A stretch of 59,845 nt of DNA, filler included. It is 5 parts of 5 records of this genome, joined end to end, with 100 filler letters (N's around TTAATTAATTAA, not from the genome) between each part and the next. Parts side by side here need not be neighbours in the genome. Positions count along the whole stretch, not along the records: positions 26,814 to 42,549 come from SRR2962707_1061; positions 42,650 to 52,848 come from SRR2962707_1063; 3 more parts are not named here. The stretch is one strand, 5' to 3'. Under the pieces are notes generated by a model. That model was not told the DNA's origin, made no database searches, and was given only the letters and a program-made list of their open reading frames with translations. This document shows positions 33,752 to 42,873 of this stretch, piece after piece. The position numbers were made by a program, and so were the translations under genes. Each line of letters starts with the position of its first letter. Within the stretch, counting starts at the first letter, position 1.

Positions 33752-34663
33752 ATGTCTGAGGAGACAATCGAGCGCGAGGCCGTGGGCTTTATCGGGCTGG
33801 GCATGATGGGGCACGGCATTGCCAAAAATATCGTCGAAAATGGCCATCCTTTGTCTGTCATCGCGCACCGCAATCGCAAGCCGGTCGAGGACCTTGTCGG
33901 GCGCGGCGCTGTTGAGGTGACCTCATTGGGTGAGTTGGCCAGGCAGTCGAATGTGGTCTTCTTGTGTGTAACCGGTTCGCCGGAGGTTGAGGCTGCCGTG
34001 CGCGGGCCGGACGGACTGTTGACCAATCTGCGGCCTGGTTCGGTCGTGGTGGACTGTTCCAGTTCTGATCCGACATCGACTACCATGCTCGCGGCAGAGT
34101 TGAAGGCCAAAGGGATCGATTTTGCTGATGCGCCGCTGAGCCGGACGCCGAAAGAGGCCTGGGAGGGTACGCTCGACACCATGGTGGGGGCGGATGATGC
34201 GGTGTTCGCACGGTTGCAGCCAATCCTGGATACCTGGGCGGGCAAGATCGTGCATATCGGTGGGGTTGGTGACGGCCATCGAATGAAGCTGCTCAACAAC
34301 TTCATTTCGCTTGGCTATGGAGCCATCTATGCCGAGGCTCTGGCACTTGCCGAGCGGGTGGGCATTTCGGCCGAGCGTGTTGATAGCGTGATCAGCGGGG
34401 GGCGCATGGATTGTGGCTTCTACCAGACCTTCATGCGCTACACGCTTGAGGGAGATCGCGATGCCCACAAGTTCAGCCTGGCCAATGCCTTCAAGGATTT
34501 GCGTTATCTGGAATCGATGGCCAATGAGGCAGGGCTGGTTAACCCCGTGGGCAATGCGGTGAAGAATTCCTATGCCGCAGCCGTGGCAGCAGATGGTGCC
34601 GGCGACTACGTGCCCATGCTGCCCGCCTATATTGACAGGCTAAACGGCGGCAAGTCCAAATAG
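33752..34663 (+). CDS. 3-hydroxyisobutyrate/tartronate semialdehyde reductase-family NAD(P) dehydrogenase
   Basis: Motifs GFIGLGMMG, DAPLS and MKLLNNF. Confidence 0.85.
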   Translation: MSEETIEREAVGFIGLGMMGHGIAKNIVENGHPLSVIAHRNRKPVEDLVGRGAVEVTSLGELARQSNVVFLCVTGSPEVEAAVRGPDGLLTNLRPGSVVVDCSSSDPTSTTMLAAELKAKGIDFADAPLSRTPKEAWEGTLDTMVGADDAVFARLQPILDTWAGKIVHIGGVGDGHRMKLLNNFISLGYGAIYAEALALAERVGISAERVDSVISGGRMDCGFYQTFMRYTLEGDRDAHKFSLANAFKDLRYLESMANEAGLVNPVGNAVKNSYAAAVAADGAGDYVPMLPAYIDRLNGGKSK

Positions 34664-34671
34664 GGACGACT

Positions 34672-34757
34672 CGAAGCCCCCGATCGGGGCTTCGGTCAGC
34701 AAAGATGCTGGTCAGGGATTGGTAAAGTCGAACGGGGGGCGCCCGCGTTCGACTTTA
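34672..34757. terminator. Two hairpins between convergent genes (probable terminators)
   Basis: CGAAGCCCC/GGGGCTTCG (34672-34694) and a 12-bp stem TAAAGTCGAACG/CGTTCGACTTTA (34723-34757). Confidence 0.6.
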
Positions 34758-35732
34758 GCCGATATACCAAATCTTGCGCGGGTCGTCGGGAGTTCGCTGA
34801 TAGTCGAATGCGTCATCGACCAGTCGCGCCATGTCGTAGCGCGGATGCCAGCCCAGGAGTTGCCGGGCCTTGGCATTATCGAGCCAGTTGGAATGAAACG
34901 GCGTCTCTATTGTCACGCTGGTCAGGTTACGCGTCTGTTTCAGGTGCTCGGCCACGGCGCCATAATCAACCGGTTGGTTCATCGCAATATTGAACAGGTT
35001 CTGGCGACTTGCGGGATTGTCGAGCGCAGCGAGCATGGCATTCACCAGATCAGTGACATGGATGAAGTTGCGCTTTAAGGTTGCGCCGGTGCTATCGAGC
35101 AGAATTGGAACCTTGCTGGTGGTGGCGTACTCAGTTCGTTGCGCGGACGTCAGCAATTGGTCCCAATCGGGACCGCCGAACTGTTGGTCAAAATCCAGGA
35201 CATGGCGGAAATCATCCTTTTCCATGATCCAGGGTGCCCGCAGGCAGCAGCCATTAATGCCGTACTGGACGTAGTACTGCTCCAGCATCACTTCTTCGAG
35301 CACTTTGGATAGGGCGTAGACGCCGGGGTAGGGCTTGCGGGGCGAGTTTTCCGTAATGGGGGAGTCGTAGCTGTTGATGATGTGGCCGACGACGCAATCG
35401 CCCCCAATCAACATGAACTGACGCGCCGTGGGGCTCTGACGATAGCTTTCCAGCATCCAGAACATGCCTTTGACCGACACATCCATGGCGGACAGAGGGT
35501 CTTCCTTGACGGTTGCCATGTGGATGACATGGGTCACACCAGCCATGGCCTGCTCGACAGCCTCGCGGTCGGCGATAGAGCCGCGCACCGATTCGAGACG
35601 GTCGCGCGCGGACAGGGTGCGATTGTGGCATAGGGCGCGGATGCGCAGGTCAGGCCAGCGGGGGTCTGCAAGCAACTGATCAAGAAGTACGCGGCCGACC
35701 TTGCCTGTCGCGCCGGTTACCAGAACGAGCAT
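34755..35732 (-). CDS. NAD-dependent epimerase/dehydratase-family (extended SDR) oxidoreductase
   Basis: VLVTGATGKVG and YALSK; start at the ATG at 35732 after an AGGGA RBS. Confidence 0.82.
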   Translation of the reverse strand: MLVLVTGATGKVGRVLLDQLLADPRWPDLRIRALCHNRTLSARDRLESVRGSIADREAVEQAMAGVTHVIHMATVKEDPLSAMDVSVKGMFWMLESYRQSPTARQFMLIGGDCVVGHIINSYDSPITENSPRKPYPGVYALSKVLEEVMLEQYYVQYGINGCCLRAPWIMEKDDFRHVLDFDQQFGGPDWDQLLTSAQRTEYATTSKVPILLDSTGATLKRNFIHVTDLVNAMLAALDNPASRQNLFNIAMNQPVDYGAVAEHLKQTRNLTSVTIETPFHSNWLDNAKARQLLGWHPRYDMARLVDDAFDYQRTPDDPRKIWYIG

Positions 35733-35927
35733 TGCGATAGTCCCTTGATTATACGCGCGCATTTCGCGCGGGTTCTGTCGTCATCGGGCAATGCTAACGC
35801 ATGAAACGCAAAAGAACGACCGTGTTGTTGATGGTTCTTTAGGCGTGACCTGTCCACGCTTTCCCCGGAATTGCGGGCCTGAACGGACATCTGTCTGCAT
35901 AATTCCCCTTGCCAATCACAACGTAGT

Positions 35928-35941
35928 TGATAACGTTATGA
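35928..35941. promoter_or_regulatory. Candidate LacI-type operator upstream of the sugar ABC operon
   Basis: Perfect palindrome ATAACGTTAT (35930-35939) with a central CG, ~60 nt upstream of the SBP start. Confidence 0.55.
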
Positions 35942-35996
35942 CGTAATTGATCGGGTAACGTCAAAAATGGCGACCGGTCTATGGGAGGAGAAATCG

Positions 35997-37304
35997 ATGA
36001 CTGTATCCATCAGAATTCCGTCTTCTATCCGTCGCCGTGCCATCCTGGCTGGCGCGACCGCTGCGCTGCTTGCAAGCGTGGCACCGCACGTTGCATTGGC
36101 GCAGGACCTCAGTGGGGAATTGTCCATTCTGCAGTGGCAAACCGGCACCGATGGCAAGATGTGGCAGGAGATCGGTGAGAAGTTCACCGAAATGCATCCA
36201 GGCGTGACCATTCGCGAATTTCTGCCGGCTGGTACCCAGGGTGATCCGCGCGCCGGCATTCGTACCGCCATCATGAGCGGCGAGGTGGTCGACGTGATCA
36301 TCAATACCTGGCCGGCCTTCCGGGCAGAACTGGTTGACGCCGGCATTTTGCGTCCGATCGATGATGAGTGGGCGCAGTTTGGCTGGGACGACAAGCTGAA
36401 CCAGTCGTGGCGTGATTTGGGGTCGATTGATGGCACCACCTATGGCCTGACCTACACGTACGGTGATCGCTCGGGGATCTGGTACAAGACCGCGCATTTG
36501 GAGAAGGCGGGTATTACTCCACCAAAGACCTGGGATGAGTTCCTCGCCAGCTTCGAAAAGCTCAATGCGGCAGGCTATGGAACCGCTGTTGCAGTGCCTG
36601 CCAAGTTCTGGGCACACGCAGAGTGGTTTGAATCGCTTCTGCTGCGCACGGCAGGGGTCGAGACTGCCGCGCAACTGGCCGCGCACGAGATTGCCTGGAC
36701 CGATCCCAAGGTAAAGGGTGCGCTGGTCAAGTTTGCCGAGATGCTCAATGCGGGTTGTTGCGGTGATCCAGCCGTAATGTTCGCCAATGATCTGGGTGAG
36801 TCCTACGCGCAGATATTCCGCGCCGATGAGGCCAACTACATGCTGATCGGTATGTGGACCAATTCGCTGCTGAAGAACGATTACGGCCTAACCGAAGGCG
36901 AGGACTACTCGCTGCTGCAGTTCCCGGCTCTGGGCATGGGCTTTGACGACACCTCCAGTGTCGACACCAAAGAGCTCAACGTGACGACCAATGGTAGCAA
37001 TCCCGAGGCAGCTAACGCCTTCCTCGACTTTATCGTTAGTGCAGAAGCGTCCAATATCATGGCCAGCTATGGCTATGCGTCGCCGAGCAAGGCAGCCGAT
37101 GCTTCTCTATTGGGGCCGGTACAGCAGATTGCGACCGAAGCGGTCGCGCAATCCAAGGTTCAGTTTGTTCTTGGCGATTTGCTGCCGGGTGACCTGGTCG
37201 ATGAATATCGTGTCCAGTTGCAGAAGTTCCTGGCCGATCCGTCTGAAGCCAATATTGACGCGGTGTTGACCGCTATCGAAGCCAAGGCAATGGAAGCCTA
37301 CTGA
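35997..37304 (+). CDS. Carbohydrate ABC transporter solute-binding protein (CUT1)
   Basis: GGAGGAG RBS; twin-arginine-like leader RRRAILAG...ALA; PPKTWDEF. Confidence 0.88.
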   Translation: MTVSIRIPSSIRRRAILAGATAALLASVAPHVALAQDLSGELSILQWQTGTDGKMWQEIGEKFTEMHPGVTIREFLPAGTQGDPRAGIRTAIMSGEVVDVIINTWPAFRAELVDAGILRPIDDEWAQFGWDDKLNQSWRDLGSIDGTTYGLTYTYGDRSGIWYKTAHLEKAGITPPKTWDEFLASFEKLNAAGYGTAVAVPAKFWAHAEWFESLLLRTAGVETAAQLAAHEIAWTDPKVKGALVKFAEMLNAGCCGDPAVMFANDLGESYAQIFRADEANYMLIGMWTNSLLKNDYGLTEGEDYSLLQFPALGMGFDDTSSVDTKELNVTTNGSNPEAANAFLDFIVSAEASNIMASYGYASPSKAADASLLGPVQQIATEAVAQSKVQFVLGDLLPGDLVDEYRVQLQKFLADPSEANIDAVLTAIEAKAMEAY

Positions 37305-38269
37305 TGGCACAACCCGTCGCTCCTTTTGCGCCAGTCGCGACGGACAAGGGTTCCTCCCCCCTGGGTGGTGGGCAGCGCGAGCTGCTTGCCACCCGCGGGT
37401 GGCGGCTCAAGGACACGCCTGCGGCATGGTTGCTGATCGCGCCGGTGTTGATCCTGTTCGGTATCGCGGTGGTTTATCCGCTGATCGAGACCATCCGCCT
37501 GTCGTTCTTTGACATCAAAGGGCTGGGCAAGCCGAAATATATCGAATTTGGCAATTACATCAGGCTGTTCTCCGATCCGGGGTTCCGCAGTACGCTGACG
37601 ACAACGCTTATATTCACTGTTGGAACCGCCGCGATCTCGGTGACGCTGGGCTGGATTCTGGCAATGCTTTGCGCCTTCGCGCCCCGCGAGACACTGCCAT
37701 TTCGCGTCATGATTTTTGTGACCTTTGGTATATCCGAGGCGGTCTCGGGCTATATCTGGATCAATATCCTGCGGCCTGACTCGGCGGGACTGCTCAACAG
37801 CGTCATCGGCATTTTCTCGCCGGGCTTTACCCATCCGTGGTTGGGGGACGCCAATACTGCTCTGGCATCACTCATATTTGTTGTCGCCTGGAGCGGTGTG
37901 GGGCTGCCGCTCATGCTGTGTTTTGCCGCGGTGCAATCGATCCCCAAAAGCGTATTGGAGGCCGCTTATATGGATGGTGCCAAACCGCTGTCGATCATGC
38001 GCCACATCATGGTGCCGCTGTCGCTCCCGGGCGCGCGGGTGGCTATTTTCATCAACCTTCTTGGCGCCTTGCGCGCCTTTGACATCATCTATGTGCTGAC
38101 TGGTGGCGGACCTGTTCGTGCCACTGAGACGGTGGGCTTTTTCATGTACCGGGAGTCCATGACGCAGTTCAAACTTGGCTACGGCGCTGCGGCGACCGTG
38201 GTGTTGCTGGTTGCCGTGTTGATCGTTTCAACACCGGCCATCATGCAGCGTACGGCAGGTGCGAAATGA
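37304..38269 (+). CDS. Carbohydrate ABC transporter permease (MalF-like)
   Basis: EAA loop LEAAYMDGA and FDIIYVLTGGGP. Confidence 0.9.
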   Translation: MAQPVAPFAPVATDKGSSPLGGGQRELLATRGWRLKDTPAAWLLIAPVLILFGIAVVYPLIETIRLSFFDIKGLGKPKYIEFGNYIRLFSDPGFRSTLTTTLIFTVGTAAISVTLGWILAMLCAFAPRETLPFRVMIFVTFGISEAVSGYIWINILRPDSAGLLNSVIGIFSPGFTHPWLGDANTALASLIFVVAWSGVGLPLMLCFAAVQSIPKSVLEAAYMDGAKPLSIMRHIMVPLSLPGARVAIFINLLGALRAFDIIYVLTGGGPVRATETVGFFMYRESMTQFKLGYGAAATVVLLVAVLIVSTPAIMQRTAGAK

Positions 38270-39087
38270 ACGGTCGAGTTCCGTATGGGATCGTTGCGCT
38301 GGTTGGCGTATTTGCCTTCATCTGGCTGATCCCTGTGGTGGGCATTGTCGTCACGTCGATCCGACCGCCGTCCGAGATTACCTTGGGGTGGTGGCGGCTG
38401 GATGAAGTCAGTTTCACTCTGAGCGCATGGATCCGGGTGTGGGAGGAGTACCCACTGGCCAATGCCTTCTGGTTTACGGCACTCTTGGCCGGAATCGCGA
38501 CGATCAGCACGATGCTGCTGACGCCGGCGGCGGCCTATGCATTCCACTTTCTCAAGTTTCCATTCCGCCGCCTTTTGCTGGTGCTGATCATCAATGCCTT
38601 CGTCCTGCCGCAGCAGGTGGTGATCATTCCGTTATTCCAGTTGTGGCGGGACCTCGGGCTGATCGACAATATCGCCGCCGTGCTGATCCCTTATGTCGGG
38701 CTGAGCTTTGCCTGGTCGATCTTCCTTGTGAAGAACTTCCTTGAGGACTTTCCCAAGGAACTTATCGAGGCAGCCCGGATCGACGGTTGTGGCGCAATCT
38801 CTTCGCTACTGCATGTGGTGCTGCCCAATGCCCGCGCACCGATCTTTGCGGTGGGTATTCTGCAGTTTCTTTGGACCTGGAATGCGCTGCTGCTGCCCAT
38901 GCTGTTCCTGCGCAGCAATGTGCCGCTGCCGGTACTGCTGACCAAGGTGGCAGGTACCTATGAGTCCAATTGGGATCTGCGCTCGGTCGCCGCGATTGTC
39001 ACCACCATCGTTCCATTGCTGGTCTTCATGATTTTTCAGCGTCAGTTCGCAGCCGGGTCGCAAACCCGTAGCGGCGCCAAGGAGTAG
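38266..39087 (+). CDS. Carbohydrate ABC transporter permease (MalG-like)
   Basis: EAA loop LIEAARIDG and FLWTWN. Confidence 0.9.
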   Translation: MNGRVPYGIVALVGVFAFIWLIPVVGIVVTSIRPPSEITLGWWRLDEVSFTLSAWIRVWEEYPLANAFWFTALLAGIATISTMLLTPAAAYAFHFLKFPFRRLLLVLIINAFVLPQQVVIIPLFQLWRDLGLIDNIAAVLIPYVGLSFAWSIFLVKNFLEDFPKELIEAARIDGCGAISSLLHVVLPNARAPIFAVGILQFLWTWNALLLPMLFLRSNVPLPVLLTKVAGTYESNWDLRSVAAIVTTIVPLLVFMIFQRQFAAGSQTRSGAKE

Positions 39088-39089
39088 TT

Positions 39090-41111
39090 ATGCCCACACG
39101 TACCAATAAGCCGCTGCGATACCGCCAGATCCATCTTGATTTCCACACTTCGGAGCACATTCCCGGCATCGGTTCGGCATTCGATGCGGAGGACTTCGTT
39201 TCGACCTTCAAGGCCGCTCATGTTGACTCGGTGACCATCTTCGCCAAGTGCCATCATGGCTGGTCCTATTACCCCACAAAGGTGGGCGAACAGCACCCGC
39301 AGCTGACGCGCGATCTGATGGGTGACATGGTCACGGCCCTGGTCGCGGCAGATATCGAGTGCCCGATCTACATCTCGGTGCAATGGGATGAGCGGAACGC
39401 GCGGCTACACCCCGAATGGCGCGCGCGCTCAGCGACCAAGAACCGCTTTGACCCCAGCCAGCTAGAGGCGGGCTGGCACACATTGTGCTTGAACCACAAG
39501 GCGTATCGAGACGAGTTGCTCCAGCAGGCGCGCGAGGTGGCGCGAAACTATCAGACGCCCGGTCTGTTCTTCGACATCGTGCTGACGCCCGATTGCGTTT
39601 GCGAGCAATGTCTGGAGACGATGGGCGAGCAGGGGCTTGATGCCACCAAACACGCTGACCGCCTCAAAAAGGACGAGTGGGTCAATGAGGTGTTTCGCAG
39701 CGAGATGAGTGCGGCGCTTCGCGAGGAGTTCCCCGGTCTGCGCGTCTTCTACAATTGTGGTCACATCCACAAGCAGGGACCGCAGCGCTTTGCGCCTTAC
39801 AGCCATCTTGAACTGGAGAGCCTGCCGACTGGTGGCTGGGGGTATGACCATTTTCCCTCCAGTGCGCGCTATGCGGCGACGCTTGGGCTCGATTTCCTTG
39901 CCCATACCGGGAAGTTCCACACATCGTGGGGCGAGTTTGGCGGCTTCAAGCATCCAGACGCGCTTGAATATGAGACGGCGCAGATGGTGGCGCTTGGCTC
40001 CAAGTGTCTTGTGGGTGACCAGTTGCAACCCAACGGGGCGATCAACCCTGATACCTACGCGTCGATCGCACCGGCCTATGCGCGGATCGAAAAACTGGAG
40101 CCGTTTCTGGACGGGGCCAAGCAAATATCGGAAGTGGCCATTCTGTCGGCCGAGTATTTCCATCCGGTTGGCGACCGCAACAACCATGCTGACGATGGCG
40201 CAGCGCAGATGTTGCTTGAGCTGAAACGGCCTTTTGATGTGCTTGATCCAAGCGCGGATTTTGGCAGTTATCGGGTGATCATCCTGCCTGACACGGTCCC
40301 GGTGGATAGCGTGCTGGCTCGCCGGCTTGATGGCTATCTAAAGCAAGGCGGCAAGCTGCTGCTGTCAGGGTGTTCGGCTCTTGGTGCCGATGGCGAATTC
40401 GCTGTGCCGACAGGCGTACGTAGTGGTGGCGAAGTTGGTTTCGAGCCGTCCTATCTCAGGGCTGGCAAGGCGCTTGATGCAAGCATGACCGAAACGCCGT
40501 TCGTCGTTTATGGGACCGCACAGGAGATTGAGCCTCAAGGAGCGCAGGTGCTGGCCGATGTTGTTCGCCCCTATTTCAACCGCACCTATCAGCACTTCTC
40601 ATCTCATGCCCATGCGCCGGATGATCCGGATGCCAAGCCGCTTGGTGCAGGTGTGACGCTGCATAATGGCGTGGGCTATGTGGCCTATCCAATCTTCTCG
40701 ATCTACCACGCCATGGGGCAGCCACTGTACAAATATGTCGTGCGCGGGCTTCTGGACAAGTTGCTGCCAGACCCCGCATTGCTGACCGACTTGCCATCGG
40801 CGGGGCGGGCCACACTGACGCGGCAGGCCGAGCACGGACGGCACATGGTGCACTTGCTTTACGGTCCCCCCCAGGTGCGGGGCAAGGCCGTCCCTACCGA
40901 TGAGGGGAGCCGCGTCATGGAGATGATCGAGGATATTCCAGCCATTGGACCGGTCTCGGTCCGCGTGCGCCTGCAAGAACGGCCAGGTCGCGCCTACGAA
41001 GCACTATCCGGTGCTGAGTTGCCCATCACGGATTTCGGCGACGGGTACTATGGCGTGTCCGTGGACAAGCTGAGAATCCATACCGCGGTTGTGTTTGAGG
41101 ATCGCGCCTAG
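39090..41111 (+). CDS. GH151/GHL6-type glycoside hydrolase (putative alpha-L-fucosidase), cytoplasmic
   Basis: RQIHLDFHTS, FAKCHHGWSYYPT, GLFFDI, HLELESLPTGGWGYDHF and TGKFHTSWGEFGGFK resemble GH151 enzymes; beta-galactosidase-trimerisation-like middle domain; no signal peptide. Confidence 0.72.
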   Translation: MPTRTNKPLRYRQIHLDFHTSEHIPGIGSAFDAEDFVSTFKAAHVDSVTIFAKCHHGWSYYPTKVGEQHPQLTRDLMGDMVTALVAADIECPIYISVQWDERNARLHPEWRARSATKNRFDPSQLEAGWHTLCLNHKAYRDELLQQAREVARNYQTPGLFFDIVLTPDCVCEQCLETMGEQGLDATKHADRLKKDEWVNEVFRSEMSAALREEFPGLRVFYNCGHIHKQGPQRFAPYSHLELESLPTGGWGYDHFPSSARYAATLGLDFLAHTGKFHTSWGEFGGFKHPDALEYETAQMVALGSKCLVGDQLQPNGAINPDTYASIAPAYARIEKLEPFLDGAKQISEVAILSAEYFHPVGDRNNHADDGAAQMLLELKRPFDVLDPSADFGSYRVIILPDTVPVDSVLARRLDGYLKQGGKLLLSGCSALGADGEFAVPTGVRSGGEVGFEPSYLRAGKALDASMTETPFVVYGTAQEIEPQGAQVLADVVRPYFNRTYQHFSSHAHAPDDPDAKPLGAGVTLHNGVGYVAYPIFSIYHAMGQPLYKYVVRGLLDKLLPDPALLTDLPSAGRATLTRQAEHGRHMVHLLYGPPQVRGKAVPTDEGSRVMEMIEDIPAIGPVSVRVRLQERPGRAYEALSGAELPITDFGDGYYGVSVDKLRIHTAVVFEDRA

Positions 41112-41223
41112 AGCGACTTTGGTTTGGCTTGCGGCAGTGACAGGCAGGCCAAACCATGACTATGCAGAAAGAAGGCGCCCGACTGCACGAGTATGGGGGC
41201 ATTCATGCGGAACCAGTAGAGTT

Positions 41224-42252
41224 ATGACAGAGATCAGCACCAAGCCCCGACCCGCCACCATCGTCGACGTCGCCCGCGAGGCTGGCGTGGCGGTTGGTAC
41301 GGTGTCGCGCTACATTAATGGCTTGCCAATCCGGGGCGGCAATCGCGAGCGGATAGCCAAGGTCATCGATGATCTGGGCTATCGGCGGAATAGTGCTGCA
41401 GCCTCGATAAAGACCAAGACCACCCACATCGTTGGTATGCTGGTGCCCGCAGTCAGTGAGTTCCACGCGGCTTTGCTGGACCAACTGGCGCGCCGTATGC
41501 GCCAGACTGGGCGAGCCGTTGTGTGTTTCTGCCACGATACCGAGCCAGAGGCCATTGTTGATGGTCTGGAGTTCTTTGCGGGTCACCGTGTCGACGCGGT
41601 GGTGATGGATGGCAATGAAGAATTGCGGCAGCGCCTGGCGCCGTACATTGAGCAGGGCATGCTCGTGGTTCTGTACGACAATGACCTGCCAAACCTGGCG
41701 GCTGACCGGGTGTTTGTGGACAATCGCAGGAGCAGCAGACGGCTGGTGGACCACCTGCTGGACCTGGGTCACGAGCGCGTTGCCATTATTCACGGCAATT
41801 TGCGCGACTCCGTCGGCCGCGATCGCCTTGAAGGTTATCGAGACGCGCTCAAGGCCCATGGCGTGCGGGAGTACCCCGAACTGGTGATGGACGGGGGCTG
41901 GAGCGACCAGCGCGGCTATACCAGCATGGGCGATCTGATGAGCCTGCCTGAGCCCCCAACGGCCGTGTTTGGCGCCAATTACAATATGAGCATTGGCGCA
42001 CTGCGCTGGTTGCGCGAGCACGACATGACCATTCCCGACGATATTTCGCTGGTGAGCTTTGACGACGTTCCGGCGTTCTCGGTGCACCAGCCTGGCATTA
42101 CGGCGGTCGGTCAGCCGGTTGAGAAAATCGCGGAGTCCATCGTGTCTGTTCTGGCCGAGCGGCTGGGCCAAAATGATCCGCTGGGCAAGCGAACAGTGCG
42201 CATTGATGCAAACATCATACTGAGAGGCTCGACCCGCCGTTTGAGGCGTTAG
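41224..42252 (+). CDS. LacI-family transcriptional regulator
   Basis: HTH TIVDVAREAGVAVGTVSRYIN and IPDDISLVSFDD. Confidence 0.92.
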   Translation: MTEISTKPRPATIVDVAREAGVAVGTVSRYINGLPIRGGNRERIAKVIDDLGYRRNSAAASIKTKTTHIVGMLVPAVSEFHAALLDQLARRMRQTGRAVVCFCHDTEPEAIVDGLEFFAGHRVDAVVMDGNEELRQRLAPYIEQGMLVVLYDNDLPNLAADRVFVDNRRSSRRLVDHLLDLGHERVAIIHGNLRDSVGRDRLEGYRDALKAHGVREYPELVMDGGWSDQRGYTSMGDLMSLPEPPTAVFGANYNMSIGALRWLREHDMTIPDDISLVSFDDVPAFSVHQPGITAVGQPVEKIAESIVSVLAERLGQNDPLGKRTVRIDANIILRGSTRRLRR

Positions 42253-42276
42253 CGAGCCGCCCGAGGAGGCAAGAGA

Positions 42277-42549
42277 ATGGCCGATGTGGTCCTGAGCAAT
42301 GTCGACAAGTCCTACGGTGCCCTCGAGGTGATCGGGGGGCTCAATCTGAGCATTGAGGACGGCTCATTCACCGTATTTGTCGGACCCTCAGGCTGCGGGA
42401 AATCCACGCTGTTGCGGATGATTGCCGGTTTGGAGCCAATTTCAGGCGGTGAGGTGCAGATTGGTGGTCGACGGGTCAATGAGGCCGAGCCGATCGAGCG
42501 TGGCGTTGCCATGGTGTTTCAGAACTATGCGCTCTATCCGCATATGAGC
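42277..42549 (+). CDS. Sugar ABC transporter ATP-binding protein (MalK-like, 3' truncated)
   Basis: Walker [10 protein letters not shown] and Q-loop [13 protein letters not shown]. Confidence 0.93.
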
Positions 42550-42649
42550 NNNNNNNNNNNNNNNNNNNNNNNNNNNNNNNNNNNNNNNNNNNNTTAATTA
42601 ATTAANNNNNNNNNNNNNNNNNNNNNNNNNNNNNNNNNNNNNNNNNNNN
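42550..42649. other. Artificial contig spacer
   Basis: N44-TTAATTAATTAA-N44. Confidence 0.98.
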
Positions 42650-42873
42650 TCTGTCTGTCTGTCTGTGTGTGTGTGCGTCTCTGTGTGTTCTAGCTGTGCG
42701 GGGACAGGAAAAACTAAAATGTTTCTCTCAGTTCTTCCGATTGAGTGGTTGCCGATGGTGTCCGCCTCCTCTCTCGTCCGATCCAAGGCGCCAAAGAATG
42801 AACTCTGCAGTCGAGTGCAGTGAACTTCGGCCTGACTGTCTGTTTGAGGCACGGTGTCTTTGACCACTCAGCT

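Noticed and set aside
26714-42649. Bacterial nirK and sugar genes embedded between eukaryotic genes as horizontal transfer
   Set aside because: Bounded by artificial spacers, truncated at both ends, intron-free with bacterial RBSs and terminators; a separate contig.
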